Part shown: positions 29,427 to 40,187 of the stretch, in pieces | Numbering within the stretch: position 1 is the first letter of the stretch | Layout of the letters: the number at the start of each line of letters is the position of its first letter | Assembly (NCBI GenBank): GCA_039679445.1 | Contig: JBDKUY010000071.1 | Coordinates: 324 to 64,323 of the forward strand | Length of the DNA: 64,000 nt | From: Methanofastidiosum sp. | GTDB lineage: Archaea; Methanobacteriota_B; Thermococci; Methanofastidiosales; Methanofastidiosaceae | Reading direction: 5' to 3' | The notes under the pieces: generated by a model | The model's input: the letters and a program-made list of their open reading frames with translations, nothing else | Told to the model about the DNA's origin: nothing | Database searches by the model: none | Position numbers and translations under genes: made by a program

Positions 29427-30719
29427 GTGATTTTTATGGTTAAAGATATTATTTTTGGATTGACAGAGAAAAAGTACAGATGGATTCTTTTATTAACTCT
29501 TGCATTAGTATATTTTTTTGTTTACTTCCACAGGGTATCCTCGGCAGTTATATCAGAGGATTTGCTTCAAGAATTTGGAGTGTCTGCTCTCTCTTTAGGC
29601 CTTTTATCTTCTATGTATTTCTATTCTTATTCTTTATTTCAAATACCGGTAGGAATATTTTCTGATACTTTGGGGCCAAGAAAAACAATAGCCTTTCTTA
29701 CAATCTTTTCCGCTGTGGGATCTTTCCTATTCGGAATTGCCCTGAACTTTAACATGGCTCTTTTTGCAAGACTTATAATAGGGATTGGTGTTTCAGGTGT
29801 ATGGATACCTGCCCTAAAATTATTTTCTGTTTGGTATTCTAAGAGAGAATATGCAACAATGACTGGAATCTTACTTGCAGTCGGAAATGTAGGGGCACTT
29901 TCTGCGTCATACCCTCTAGCCATGATTTCATACGAATTTGGGTGGAGATTCGCATTTTATATTATTGGGATAATCTCAATATTTCTTGCCATTATAGCCT
30001 GGGTATTCATAAGGGATTCACCTGCACACTATTTGAACAAAAATAAGGAAACAGAAAAATCAAACTCAGTTCCTAAGCGGCAATATATTTCTAAAGAACA
30101 CATTAAATTGATTTTTAGAAATAAAGATGTCTGGATACTATCTATTTGGCTATTTGTGGTATATGGGGCTCTGCTTGCTTATCAGGGATTGTGGGCTTAT
30201 CCTTATTTCAGGGATGTTTTTAATCTATCTAGAGGTGCTTCCGGTTTTATCCTAATGTTTGTTAGTATTGGAATGCTTATAGGATCCCCTTTTGTAGGCT
30301 ACTTTTCGGATAAAATTATGAAAAGCAGAAAGAAAGTAATCATCATATGGCTTGCTTCATTTATACTGCCCTGGATATTGATTTCATTTTTTACCGCACA
30401 GCTAAATGTAAGCCTTCTTTACCTACTTTCATTCTGGATGGGATTCTTCGGATGTGGAAATGTTGTAGTATTTGCAATTATAAAAGAGCAATTCCCGCTA
30501 GAAATAACTGGAACAGTCCAGAGCATAGTTAATGTTTTCCCATTCATCGGCGCAGCTTTCTTTCAGACATTTCTGGGATATATACTAGATATTGTTGGAG
30601 GATTTGACGGGGTATACCCTGTGGCTGCTTATAGTCTGGCATTCAAATTTGTATTTGCCTTTGTTATCGTAGTATTTATTATGTCATTCTTCGTTAAAGA
30701 AACACTAACAACAGACTAG
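29427..30719 (+). CDS. MFS transporter
   Basis: About 12 predicted TM helices. MFS loop motif (FSDTLGPRK) between TM2 and TM3. Confidence 0.75.
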   Translation: MIFMVKDIIFGLTEKKYRWILLLTLALVYFFVYFHRVSSAVISEDLLQEFGVSALSLGLLSSMYFYSYSLFQIPVGIFSDTLGPRKTIAFLTIFSAVGSFLFGIALNFNMALFARLIIGIGVSGVWIPALKLFSVWYSKREYATMTGILLAVGNVGALSASYPLAMISYEFGWRFAFYIIGIISIFLAIIAWVFIRDSPAHYLNKNKETEKSNSVPKRQYISKEHIKLIFRNKDVWILSIWLFVVYGALLAYQGLWAYPYFRDVFNLSRGASGFILMFVSIGMLIGSPFVGYFSDKIMKSRKKVIIIWLASFILPWILISFFTAQLNVSLLYLLSFWMGFFGCGNVVVFAIIKEQFPLEITGTVQSIVNVFPFIGAAFFQTFLGYILDIVGGFDGVYPVAAYSLAFKFVFAFVIVVFIMSFFVKETLTTD

Positions 30720-30728
30720 AGATATACC

Positions 30729-31952
30729 ATGAAAGTCAATGCAAAAAGAATTGAAAATGACATAATTAAAATAAACAATTTTAATTCAACTCCTGGCCAA
30801 GGCATCAGCAGATTAACATTTACAGAAGAGTATATGGGTGCAATGAACTACATCTTCAAGGAACTTGAGAGAATAGGTGCAGAGATAAACATAATGAGGG
30901 GAGGCAACGTAAGGGCACGATTAGAAGGGAGTGAAAAATATACACCTTCAGTTATGATTGGCTCACATATAGATAGTGTTTTTCACGGCGGCATGTTTGA
31001 CGGCATTGCAGGAACAGTGGCGGCTTTAGAAGTCTTGAGGACTATTTCTGAGAACAATATTTCTCACAAAAATTCTATTGATTTTGTCATGTTTGTAGAA
31101 GAGGATGGCTCAAGGTTTTTATCAGTCTTATTGGGGAGCAGAATATGGGCCGGCAAAGTAAAAGATGAAGATTTACCAAAGATATTAGATAAAGATGGAA
31201 TAAGCTACTTTGAGGCAATGATTAAATCAGGACTCATTCCAAAGGACGAATCAATCCTGGATGGAAAGAAGATTAAGGCAATGATTGAGGTCCATATTGA
31301 GCAGAGTAGAGTTCTTGAGAGTAAAGGCCTTTCAATAGGCATTGTTGAAACAATTGTAGGCATAAAACAGTTAGAAGTAACAATAGAAGGTGTTTCAAAT
31401 CATGCTGGTGCAACCCCAATGAATTTAAGAAATGATGCTCTATGCGGGGCAGCAGAAATTATTTTGAATGCTGAAAAGTTTGCTTCAGATAATGGAACTT
31501 CAGTTGCAACTGTGGGTTTTGTAGATATCAATCCAGGAAAAAATAATATTATACCTGGAAAAGTCAGATTGACCCTAGATATCCGGGACCGGGATGATTT
31601 TACTCTAAATGAAATAACGGATAGAATAATCAATTCGATTGACTCAACATGCGAAAACAGAAGCCTTACTTATAGCATTAAACAGGCGTCGTATACTAAA
31701 CCAGTTCTTTTATCAAAAAGGGTAGTTGAAGTAATAGGGAATTCTGCTAAAAATCAAGGCGTCGATACATTGAAAATGGTAAGTGGTGCAGTACACGATT
31801 CATCGATTATTGCAGAATTAACTGACGTCGGTATGGTCTTTGTTCCTAGCAAGAACGGCAGAAGTCACTGCACGGAAGAATATACTGATTTGAAAGACAT
31901 TGAAATAGCTGCAAATATTCTATTAGAAGTGGTAATAGAGCTTTCAAAATAA
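30729..31952 (+). CDS. M20-family Zn-dependent amidohydrolase (N-carbamoyl-amino acid / allantoate amidohydrolase-type)
   Basis: IGSHIDSVFHGGMFDG metal-binding motif typical of the hydantoinase/carbamoylase M20 subfamily. 407 aa. Confidence 0.75.
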   Translation: MKVNAKRIENDIIKINNFNSTPGQGISRLTFTEEYMGAMNYIFKELERIGAEINIMRGGNVRARLEGSEKYTPSVMIGSHIDSVFHGGMFDGIAGTVAALEVLRTISENNISHKNSIDFVMFVEEDGSRFLSVLLGSRIWAGKVKDEDLPKILDKDGISYFEAMIKSGLIPKDESILDGKKIKAMIEVHIEQSRVLESKGLSIGIVETIVGIKQLEVTIEGVSNHAGATPMNLRNDALCGAAEIILNAEKFASDNGTSVATVGFVDINPGKNNIIPGKVRLTLDIRDRDDFTLNEITDRIINSIDSTCENRSLTYSIKQASYTKPVLLSKRVVEVIGNSAKNQGVDTLKMVSGAVHDSSIIAELTDVGMVFVPSKNGRSHCTEEYTDLKDIEIAANILLEVVIELSK

Positions 31953-32090
31953 ATCAAATGTCTAAGGTAAACACAAGCGTTGTAAGAAACGATATAATCC
32001 TCTTGATTTTTATTTATTTGGCCTGATTTAAAATCTTTTGTATTTTATCTTAAAAACGTTTAAATTCAAGAATATAAATCTAATACTGTC

Positions 32091-33815
32091 ATGAGCAATG
32101 ATCTTTATATAACAAAAAATTTTCCAGAAGAGCCCGGCGTCTACATTATGAAGGACTCCAAAGGGAATGTTCTTTACGTAGGAAAGGCGAAATCCCTAAA
32201 GAAGAGGCTTGCTTCATATTTCCAGAAAAATATCCCGGATAGAGTATCTTTTCTCATGAGCAGGGTAGATGATATAGAGTATGTTGCTACAGATAACGAA
32301 ACAGAGGCCCTTTTACTTGAGTATAATTTCATTAAAAAATACAAGCCCCGGTATAACATTCATTTTAGAGACGATAAGAAGTATCCTTATATCAAAATAA
32401 CAAATGAAAAATTCCCAAAGATAATAGTTTCAAGAAAGATTGAAGAAGACGGCGCTTATTATTTTGGCCCATATTCTGACGTGGGTTCGGCGAGAAAAAT
32501 GCTTGCACTTGCAAGGAACATATTCAAGATAAGAAGCTGTAAAAAAATGGGTAAAAAACCGTGCCTTAATTTTTATATAGAAAGATGTACAGCACCATGT
32601 TCTGATCCTAAATCTAAAGAGGATTATAATAACAGAGTAAATGAGCTATTGATGTTTTTTGAAAACAGAGGAGAAGAGCTAATATCAAAGCTGAGCGATG
32701 AAATGAACTCCTCCTCGAAAGATCAGGAATACGAAAAGGCCTTAGTTCTAAGGGATAAGATAGATGCAATCAGAAAGTCAATGGAGCAGCAAAAAATCTT
32801 CCTAGATACCCCGATAAATAAGGACGTCATAGGCTATTACGACAAAGAATCAATATGCATCTGCGTAGTTATGGTGAGAGGCGGGGTACTTACAGGAACT
32901 AAAAATTACCCCATAGGAGAAACTTTGTTTGAGCGAGAGGATACTTTGTCATCATTTCTAAAGCAGCATTATAGGGAAGAATTTTTGCCAAACAAAATTA
33001 TCTTGCCTTTTGATATACCCGATAAAGAGGAAATCCAAGAATTTTTATCAAACGGGAAATATGATATAAAAATAACTCCGGCTTCATCGATTCGTGAAAA
33101 GGAAGAAGTGCTTCTTGCAACAAAAAATGCCGAGCTTTACTTATCATCGAAAAAGAAATCACCGCTCGAAGGGCTTATGACTTCACTTGGGCTTGAAAAT
33201 CTGCCCAGAAGAATTGAGGGATATGATATTTCAAATATAGGCCCAGAAATAATAGTGGGATCTCGGGTAACTTTCATTGATGCCAAACCTTCAAAGGAGA
33301 ACTACAGAATATATAAGATAAAGACTGTGATTGGCCAGGACGACATATCTTCCCTAAGGGAGGTGCTAAACAGAAGATTTAAGCACAAAGAATCACTGCC
33401 AGACCTTTTATTGATTGATGGCGGAAAGGGCCATTTGAACATAGCCCTTCATGTACTCGAATCTCTCGGCCTTAAAATACCAACTGTTGCCCTTGCAAAG
33501 CAGGAAGAGGATCTTTATCTCGAGGATGGACTAAATCCAGATATGGATGCTGATTCTAAGAACCTTCTAATGAGGATTAGGGATGAGGCCCATAGATTTG
33601 CGATAAAGAATCTAAGAAACATGAAAAGAAAAGCAAGTGTTCACTCTCCCCTAGATAATATAAAAGGGCTTGGACCTAAAAGAAAAGCCAGGCTACTTGA
33701 AAGATTTGGATCTATTGAAAATCTAAAGAAGGCAAAAATTGAGGAGATTGATGATGTTATTAAAAACAGCACCCTTTCTGAGGGTATTTTTAATTTTGTT
33801 AAAGCTTTGAAATAA
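32091..33815 (+). CDS. uvrC: Excinuclease ABC subunit C
   Basis: N-terminal GIY-YIG domain (PGVYIMKD...VLYVGKAKSLKKR), a Cys-rich UvrC segment, and C-terminal endonuclease and HhH regions. 574 aa. Confidence 0.9.
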   Translation: MSNDLYITKNFPEEPGVYIMKDSKGNVLYVGKAKSLKKRLASYFQKNIPDRVSFLMSRVDDIEYVATDNETEALLLEYNFIKKYKPRYNIHFRDDKKYPYIKITNEKFPKIIVSRKIEEDGAYYFGPYSDVGSARKMLALARNIFKIRSCKKMGKKPCLNFYIERCTAPCSDPKSKEDYNNRVNELLMFFENRGEELISKLSDEMNSSSKDQEYEKALVLRDKIDAIRKSMEQQKIFLDTPINKDVIGYYDKESICICVVMVRGGVLTGTKNYPIGETLFEREDTLSSFLKQHYREEFLPNKIILPFDIPDKEEIQEFLSNGKYDIKITPASSIREKEEVLLATKNAELYLSSKKKSPLEGLMTSLGLENLPRRIEGYDISNIGPEIIVGSRVTFIDAKPSKENYRIYKIKTVIGQDDISSLREVLNRRFKHKESLPDLLLIDGGKGHLNIALHVLESLGLKIPTVALAKQEEDLYLEDGLNPDMDADSKNLLMRIRDEAHRFAIKNLRNMKRKASVHSPLDNIKGLGPKRKARLLERFGSIENLKKAKIEEIDDVIKNSTLSEGIFNFVKALK

Positions 33816-33883
33816 GATTATCGATAGACGAAATTGGATATCCAAAACAAAACCTATATATATGACACGCTTCAAGTATATAT

Positions 33884-35272
33884 ATGGATTCTGGGTTCGC
33901 TGAACTATTACTAAAGGCAAAGAATAAAATTCTTGAATCCAAAGGTTCCAAAGTTAAAATTATTTCTCATATCGATGCTGACGGAATTTCCGCTGCATCA
34001 ATTCTGTCCCTTGCATTGGATAGGCTCAACATAAACCACGATGTTCATTTTACCTCTCTTGATGGTATTCCCACTTCCCATTTAGCAGATCTCACCATAT
34101 TCCTTGATATGGGAAGCGGTCAAATAGATTATTTAATGTCAGAACATAAAGACAAGGATATAATTATCCTAGACCACCACCAGGGGGAGTACCACGAAAC
34201 TCCTTTCCTCGAAGTTAATCCAAACAGATTTGGTTACAGCGGATCGGAGGAGGTCAGCGGTTCAGGACTAGCGTATCTTTTGTCATTAGAACTTGACAGC
34301 AATAACAAAGATCTATCTTCAATTGCAATAGTCGGAGCAGTTGGGGATATGCAGGGATCCTGGGGCGGGCTAAAAGGATTAAATCGGGACATCCTCTTAG
34401 ATAGCATAGAAGTAGGTTTGGTTAAAGCCGAAGAAGATTTACTTTTGTACGGTCGTTCAACAAGACCTATCTACAAATCACTTCAGTATTTCTCGGACCC
34501 TCCAATACCGGGCGTTACGGGAAGCGATTCGAATGCAATGGCACTTCTAAATAGCTTGGAAATCCCTTGTTATGAAGGTGACTGGAGAACTGTGTCAGAC
34601 ATGACCTGCGATGAGAAGAGAAAGCTTGCAACAGAAATAATAAGAAAGACAATAACGGCAGTCCCTCAAGAATATGTTTCTTTTATCCCACAGATGATTA
34701 TGGGAGAATCTTACTCACTTATCCAAGAAGAGGATAGAAGCCCTTTGAGGGATGCTTCGGAGTTTGCAACTTGTCTTAACGCCTGCGGTAAAAATGGCAG
34801 GCCCGAGGTAGGATTTTATGTCTGCAAGGGTAACAGGGGCATATACTACGATATACTGTTAGGACTACTTAGAAAGCACAGAAAGAATATTGCACGAAGC
34901 ATGAGCCTTGTTGAGAGCAGAGGGGTGGTCATGAAAGGGAAGTTTCAGTACTTTGATGGAAGCGGCATAAATGATACAATAGTGGGTACCGTGGCAAGTT
35001 TAGTTCTTGGAAATAGAGATACTGACCCCTTTTTACCTATAGTTGCATATACAACGTTGCCGAATGACCCAAATGTTTATAAAATCTCTGCACGCTGCTC
35101 AAGATTGTTGGTACTTAAAGGCTTAAATTTAGGAAAAGAGATAAAGAAGAGTGCAGAATCTGTAGGTGGCAAAGGAGGAGGTCACCCCCCAGCATGTGGG
35201 GCATATGTACCAATTGAAAAGTTAACAGAATTTTTACATATATTTGAAGAGAATATAGCAACTAGCATATAG
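33884..35272 (+). CDS. DHH/DHHA1 phosphoesterase (archaeal RecJ-like/GAN-type nuclease)
   Basis: DHH motifs (HIDADG, ILDHHQ) and a DHHA1 GGGH motif near the C-terminus. Confidence 0.7.
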   Translation: MDSGFAELLLKAKNKILESKGSKVKIISHIDADGISAASILSLALDRLNINHDVHFTSLDGIPTSHLADLTIFLDMGSGQIDYLMSEHKDKDIIILDHHQGEYHETPFLEVNPNRFGYSGSEEVSGSGLAYLLSLELDSNNKDLSSIAIVGAVGDMQGSWGGLKGLNRDILLDSIEVGLVKAEEDLLLYGRSTRPIYKSLQYFSDPPIPGVTGSDSNAMALLNSLEIPCYEGDWRTVSDMTCDEKRKLATEIIRKTITAVPQEYVSFIPQMIMGESYSLIQEEDRSPLRDASEFATCLNACGKNGRPEVGFYVCKGNRGIYYDILLGLLRKHRKNIARSMSLVESRGVVMKGKFQYFDGSGINDTIVGTVASLVLGNRDTDPFLPIVAYTTLPNDPNVYKISARCSRLLVLKGLNLGKEIKKSAESVGGKGGGHPPACGAYVPIEKLTEFLHIFEENIATSI

Positions 35273-35273
35273 A

Positions 35274-37067
35274 GTGTTTTTTATGAGTGGCTTCAATGTT
35301 TCTGAGGATCTTACCATTCCGGAAGATAGGATTTTTTTAAATCCTTCTGATGAATTTTATATTAATTATCTAAAATCATATTATGTCATTACAAAGGACG
35401 GGCAGTACCTTTTTGCTTCTACTCTAAAAGGAAGAACGCCAGATAAGGTCTATTATATGGTGCCAAAAGCGTATAAGCTTGGAGTAGGCCAAAAAGGATT
35501 TGATATTGATACAGGAAAAGCTATTTTTAGCATAGTCATGGACTATCTTAGAGCGAAACCTAAGCTTATTGTTGCAGATGGTATACAGGGAGAAAATGGA
35601 TATGAAGTGGGTATAAGGTCAGTTGTAAGTGTAGAAAATCCGCAAAGTGCTTACATCTCATGGATGGGAAAGATGATGGTGTTTCCTCCAAAAGACGGGA
35701 TGAAACCAAGTTGCTACAACTTCATAGTTCCTGAAAAACTTCCAGGAGAATATGTTAATCGTATAAAGAAAGTCTGGCCAGAGTACAATGAGAACGAGCC
35801 ACTTTCACTTTATGATTTTACTGAGATGAAAAACGATATTAGATGTGTTTTGAACCTTGGAATCGATTATTTTGGTGGCGCCTTCAAAAAGCCCAATTTA
35901 ACTATGGTTTGGAACAGGGGAGAATCTGATGAGATGATTTCCTTCCATGCAGGACTTTCTGAAAGCTCTGTTATAATAGGACTTAGCGGTACGGGAAAAA
36001 CTACACTGACCGTTGGACCCAATCTTGAACAGGATGATGCTATTCTAGGTAAAGTTATTTCTAAAGATGGAAAAATTGTTGATGTAAAGCTAATTGGCCT
36101 TGAAGCTGCAAGCTTTGCAAAATCTGAAGGGCTGTCTGAGAAAAGCCCAGAGTACCCAGGTTTGATGAAATCTAAAGACAGAAAACATATTGTTTTGGCA
36201 ATGAACATTGACTGTGAAGGTGTCGAATACGTTAAGAAAAACATAAATGATTACAATGTAGAAATCCCCGAGGCAACTAGCAAAGTAGGCTCATTGCTTA
36301 CCAAGAGCTATGAAAAGAGTGGAACAACTAATGGCAGATTCATTTTTCTCTTCAGTGATTTGAACTCTTCTTGGGGTAAAAAGGACAAGTACCTCAGGAA
36401 TTTCGTTTTGAGCTTTAAGAGATATGATATATTTAATCCCATAATTAAGGTGACTGACCCACTTATGGCAGTTGCATTTGACAGTGCTTGTGAGAGCATA
36501 ATTACTTCTGCTATTTCAGGTAAGGTTCCTGGAACTAGGGTAAGGTCATATTCTGCAACTGACTTTATGGCAAGAGAGCAAGCCGAGCAGGCAGTTCTAA
36601 AAAAGAAAGTATTCTTGGACATGGGGCTTGGGCAGAATGGGAAAATAAACTTTTTAATCATCAATACCGGTTTTGTTGGTGAGTTTGATCTAGAAGGCAA
36701 ATCAATCGGTGGGGAAAAAATTACTGTCTCAGATTCAAAAACACTTCTAAAACTTAGTACAAACAATCTTATTAAGAGCTGGATAAAAGATCCAGTTTAT
36801 GGCTACCTAGTACCATCTCCCCAAGAGCTAAGTGAAGTTCATGGTATGAAGAACTTTGGAGAGAGATTCAATCCACTAAATTATTACTCGCCTCATGATT
36901 ATTTGGAATTTGTAAAGATTGACATAAAGGAGAGAAAGAATTTCCTCCACAATATATTTTCCTCACAAAGTAATTTTGCTAATCTAGAAGATGTCATAAA
37001 TGTCTGGGATGAGATTAGGATACCTTCCCCAAAAGAAATCAAAAAATTCTATGACGTTAATTATTAG
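35274..37067 (+). CDS. pckA: Phosphoenolpyruvate carboxykinase (ATP-type)
   Basis: Kinase-1a P-loop IIGLSGTGKTTLTV diagnostic of ATP-dependent PEPCK. 597 aa. Confidence 0.65.
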   Translation: MFFMSGFNVSEDLTIPEDRIFLNPSDEFYINYLKSYYVITKDGQYLFASTLKGRTPDKVYYMVPKAYKLGVGQKGFDIDTGKAIFSIVMDYLRAKPKLIVADGIQGENGYEVGIRSVVSVENPQSAYISWMGKMMVFPPKDGMKPSCYNFIVPEKLPGEYVNRIKKVWPEYNENEPLSLYDFTEMKNDIRCVLNLGIDYFGGAFKKPNLTMVWNRGESDEMISFHAGLSESSVIIGLSGTGKTTLTVGPNLEQDDAILGKVISKDGKIVDVKLIGLEAASFAKSEGLSEKSPEYPGLMKSKDRKHIVLAMNIDCEGVEYVKKNINDYNVEIPEATSKVGSLLTKSYEKSGTTNGRFIFLFSDLNSSWGKKDKYLRNFVLSFKRYDIFNPIIKVTDPLMAVAFDSACESIITSAISGKVPGTRVRSYSATDFMAREQAEQAVLKKKVFLDMGLGQNGKINFLIINTGFVGEFDLEGKSIGGEKITVSDSKTLLKLSTNNLIKSWIKDPVYGYLVPSPQELSEVHGMKNFGERFNPLNYYSPHDYLEFVKIDIKERKNFLHNIFSSQSNFANLEDVINVWDEIRIPSPKEIKKFYDVNY

Positions 37068-37112
37068 TGAACACCGAAAAGCTTTAAAATAAGTTCATTT
37101 AACTTCATGTAG

Positions 37113-37187
37113 CCCGGCGTGGCCTAGTCTGGTTAGGGCAGTGGACTGTAGATCCACGGATCGCTGGTTCAAATCCGGCCGCCGGGA
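37113..37187 (+). tRNA. tRNA-Tyr (anticodon GTA)
   Basis: Cloverleaf built by hand. Acceptor stem CCCGGCG/CGCCGGG with the archaeal C1:G72 pair. Anticodon loop CTGTAGA. T-arm GCTGG-TTCAAAT-CCGGC. Discriminator A. No encoded CCA. Confidence 0.85.
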
Positions 37188-37261
37188 CTTTAGGGTTTAA
37201 TGAGTTTATTTGAAAAGGTTTCTAGAGTAACCTTTATATTTCTCCAATCTATTGATACTCT

Positions 37262-38440
37262 ATGTTTCAATTAGAATTACGCTGGAAAATTCTAATCATC
37301 TTATCGGTATCTGCAATTCTATCTTTTTCATTGTGGTTTAGTGCAAATGCAGTAATACCAGAATTAACAGAGTATTTCAATCTTACAAATTCTGAAAAAA
37401 GTTTACTAAGTATAATAGTAACAATAGGATTTATTGTAGGCGCTCTAACTTATGCAATTCTAAACTTACCCGATGTATTCAAAACAAAAAACGTATTTGC
37501 CGCCTCTGCCGCACTAGGGGGTGTTACAAGTTTCATTGTGGCATTCTTCGTAGAATCTTTTTTTGCATTATTGTTGGTAAGATTCTTTACAGGATTTTTC
37601 TTAGCTGGGGTCTATCCTCCGGGTATGAAACTGGCATCTTCTTGGTTTCAAAAGGAGAGAGGGTTTGCAGTTGGGTGTATGGGGGCATCATTAGCACTAG
37701 GTTCCGGAATGCCGTATCTTTTTAATTTAACAGGCATACCCGAATGGAGAGTACTAATAAGTTTCTCAGGCCTTGCTTCCTTGGTCAGCACCATATTAGT
37801 ATTTGTATTTGTAAAAGAAGGGCCATACACTGCAGGGACAATAAAATTCAGGATAGATAATTTAAAAGATATTTTGAAGAATGAGAAACTTAAATTAGTA
37901 AATTATGGATACTTTGGCCACATGTGGGAGCTCTATGCAATGTGGGCGTGGATTCCAATTTTTTTGAGGGAATCATACTTGAGATCTGGGGCCAATGATA
38001 ATTCAATATTTTTCTTTTCATTAATCACTTTCTTAATCTTTCTATTTGGATCTTTAACAACATTCTTCGGCGGTATTTTTGCCGATAAGATTGGCAAGGC
38101 AGAGTTTAATATTTTGATGCTTTCAATAAGTGGTTTTTGTTCGTTGATAATCGGATTTACTTTTGGAGTTAATAATATTGCAATGATTATTATTGCCTTA
38201 ATTTGGGGAATGGCGGCTGTTGCAGATAGCCCTCAATATTCGGGGCTTGCTACAGAAGTAGGGGATAAAAAATATATGGGAACGGCTGTGACTATACAAC
38301 TTGCAATTGGATTCTTTATATCAATTATTTCAATTAAGCTAATCCCAATAGTTGTAGACATTGTCAGCTGGAAGTATGCATTCTCAATCCTATTTTTAGG
38401 GCCACTGTTTGGGTTGATATCCTTAAGTAAATTAAGATAA
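37262..38440 (+). CDS. MFS transporter
   Basis: Twelve hydrophobic segments. MFS-type organisation. Confidence 0.7.
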   Translation: MFQLELRWKILIILSVSAILSFSLWFSANAVIPELTEYFNLTNSEKSLLSIIVTIGFIVGALTYAILNLPDVFKTKNVFAASAALGGVTSFIVAFFVESFFALLLVRFFTGFFLAGVYPPGMKLASSWFQKERGFAVGCMGASLALGSGMPYLFNLTGIPEWRVLISFSGLASLVSTILVFVFVKEGPYTAGTIKFRIDNLKDILKNEKLKLVNYGYFGHMWELYAMWAWIPIFLRESYLRSGANDNSIFFFSLITFLIFLFGSLTTFFGGIFADKIGKAEFNILMLSISGFCSLIIGFTFGVNNIAMIIIALIWGMAAVADSPQYSGLATEVGDKKYMGTAVTIQLAIGFFISIISIKLIPIVVDIVSWKYAFSILFLGPLFGLISLSKLR

Positions 38441-38585
38441 TATTGATTACAATAGCAATCGCCGTTACAATTCATATACTTACCATCAGAAGTATAGAAA
38501 TCAAAAAGCTAAACTTGTAATTCTTAAAGTTATAGATATTTTTTATTTAGAAATACTTTTATAGTCACATTAATTAGTACTTCTA

Positions 38586-39236
38586 ATGGAAGAGATTTTT
38601 ACAAATGTTTTTATTGACGGTGACAAACTTTATACAAAAAATCTTATTAAAGGGGAAAGGGTATACGGCGAGAAGTTAGTTGATTTCAAAGGGAGAGAGC
38701 TCCGTGAATGGAATCCAAGAAGGTCAAAACTTGCGGCCGCTATAATGAAAGGGTATAGGAATCTACCTTTCAAAAAAGACTCAAAGATCCTTTATCTGGG
38801 TGCTGCAACAGGTACCACTGTTTCTCATATCTCGGATATTGTTGAAAATGGAAAAATATTCTCTATTGAGATGTCTGAGAGGAGTATGAGGCAATTTCTT
38901 AATATCAGCGAAGTACGGGATAATATCTATCCAATTCTGGAAGACGCTTCAATCCCCAGCCTTTATTCAGGCCTAGTAGAACAGGTTGACTTTATTTACC
39001 AGGATGTTGCTCAAAAGCATCAGCATGAGATCTTGATTAAAAATTCAGTGTATCTCAAAAAAGGCGGTGTGGTATTCTATTGCGTTAAGGCAAGAAGCAT
39101 TGATTCGAGCAAGCCACCAGAGGAGATATTCAAAGAAGAAATAAAACATCTTGAAAAAAAATTTAACATTGTAAATACAATTGATCTTTCACCATATGAA
39201 AAGGACCACATTATTATAATAGCAATCTTAAGGTGA
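38586..39236 (+). CDS. flpA: Fibrillarin-like rRNA/tRNA 2'-O-methyltransferase
   Basis: N-terminal region and SAM-binding ILYLGAATGTTVSHISD motif. 216 aa. Confidence 0.85.
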   Translation: MEEIFTNVFIDGDKLYTKNLIKGERVYGEKLVDFKGRELREWNPRRSKLAAAIMKGYRNLPFKKDSKILYLGAATGTTVSHISDIVENGKIFSIEMSERSMRQFLNISEVRDNIYPILEDASIPSLYSGLVEQVDFIYQDVAQKHQHEILIKNSVYLKKGGVVFYCVKARSIDSSKPPEEIFKEEIKHLEKKFNIVNTIDLSPYEKDHIIIIAILR

Positions 39237-39592
39237 TTAATTTGGAAAAGGTAAAACTTAGATTAAAATTGTTGGTATCTTACCTCGAAAATGGAGATAT
39301 GAAAAAGGCAAGAGAAAACTATCTTCAGATTGCAGAGCATCTGGGGGACTCAGAATTCAATAAAGGTTACGCAAAGGCAATAAATGGTGTAGTAACCTCT
39401 ATGGAAAAAAATGATAGGGATTCAATAATATGCAAAGTAGTTTCAAAGGAATTTGAAAAAAGGGATCTAAAAAAACTCCTGCTTGAATCTACAAAAAGGG
39501 CATCAGAGACCTTTAGAACTGAAGAAGAAAAGGGTTTTGAAACTGCATGGGTAGACCTCCTCTCAATTTATGTTGAAAGGGCAGGAACTTAA
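39233..39592 (+). CDS. Hypothetical protein, translationally coupled to flpA
   Basis: 4-nt start/stop overlap with flpA. 119 aa, helical, no recognisable motif. Confidence 0.35.
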   Translation: MINLEKVKLRLKLLVSYLENGDMKKARENYLQIAEHLGDSEFNKGYAKAINGVVTSMEKNDRDSIICKVVSKEFEKRDLKKLLLESTKRASETFRTEEEKGFETAWVDLLSIYVERAGT

Positions 39593-40128
39593 AACTTTAT
39601 CAAAAGCAACTTTGCTTTTTCTTCAATATAATAAATCCTTTTCAAGAGTTTATTCTTTTCTTCCCTATCGTTGTCATTTCTAAAGTTTGTTCTTTCAAGT
39701 TCTGTTCGTAGCTTAGATAACTTTAATACTTCTCTGAAGCTGTCCTTCTTATCAAGATTCTCAGAAAGCAGTTTGTATTCGATGGATTTTATATTCTCTC
39801 TAAATCTAGTTATGGCGATGGTGTCTTCTCTTGTTTTTTCTTCTGAAAACTTTTGTTCAAATCCTTCTAGTTCAGAATAAATTTCCTGGAATTTTTCCGT
39901 TATTTTTCTGCCCTCTGCTGTCAATCTTATGAATCTAATTCGCCCTTCCTTATAAGACTCAACTAGCCCAACACCTTCCAGCTCTTTTAGGATATTGAAA
40001 ACATGAGGGTATATGGAGCCCACCTCTTCTGCGATTACCGTCGGGTATCGGGGCTTTTCATCTTCAAGCATGCTAAGCAGAATCTCAACAGTTTTTCTAT
40101 TGAAAAAAAGCTCCTTTAAGTCATCCAT
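39589..40128 (-). CDS. Winged-HTH (ArsR-like) regulator with C-terminal coiled-coil
   Basis: N-terminal wHTH (YPTVIAEEVGSIYPHVFNILKELEGVGLVES). Heptad-rich C-terminus. Confidence 0.5.
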   Translation of the reverse strand: MDDLKELFFNRKTVEILLSMLEDEKPRYPTVIAEEVGSIYPHVFNILKELEGVGLVESYKEGRIRFIRLTAEGRKITEKFQEIYSELEGFEQKFSEEKTREDTIAITRFRENIKSIEYKLLSENLDKKDSFREVLKLSKLRTELERTNFRNDNDREEKNKLLKRIYYIEEKAKLLLIKF

Positions 40129-40187
40129 AAAACCTATTTACCTTTAGCCTTAAAATAATTTGCCTTCTATGAGAGTAACTAAAAATT

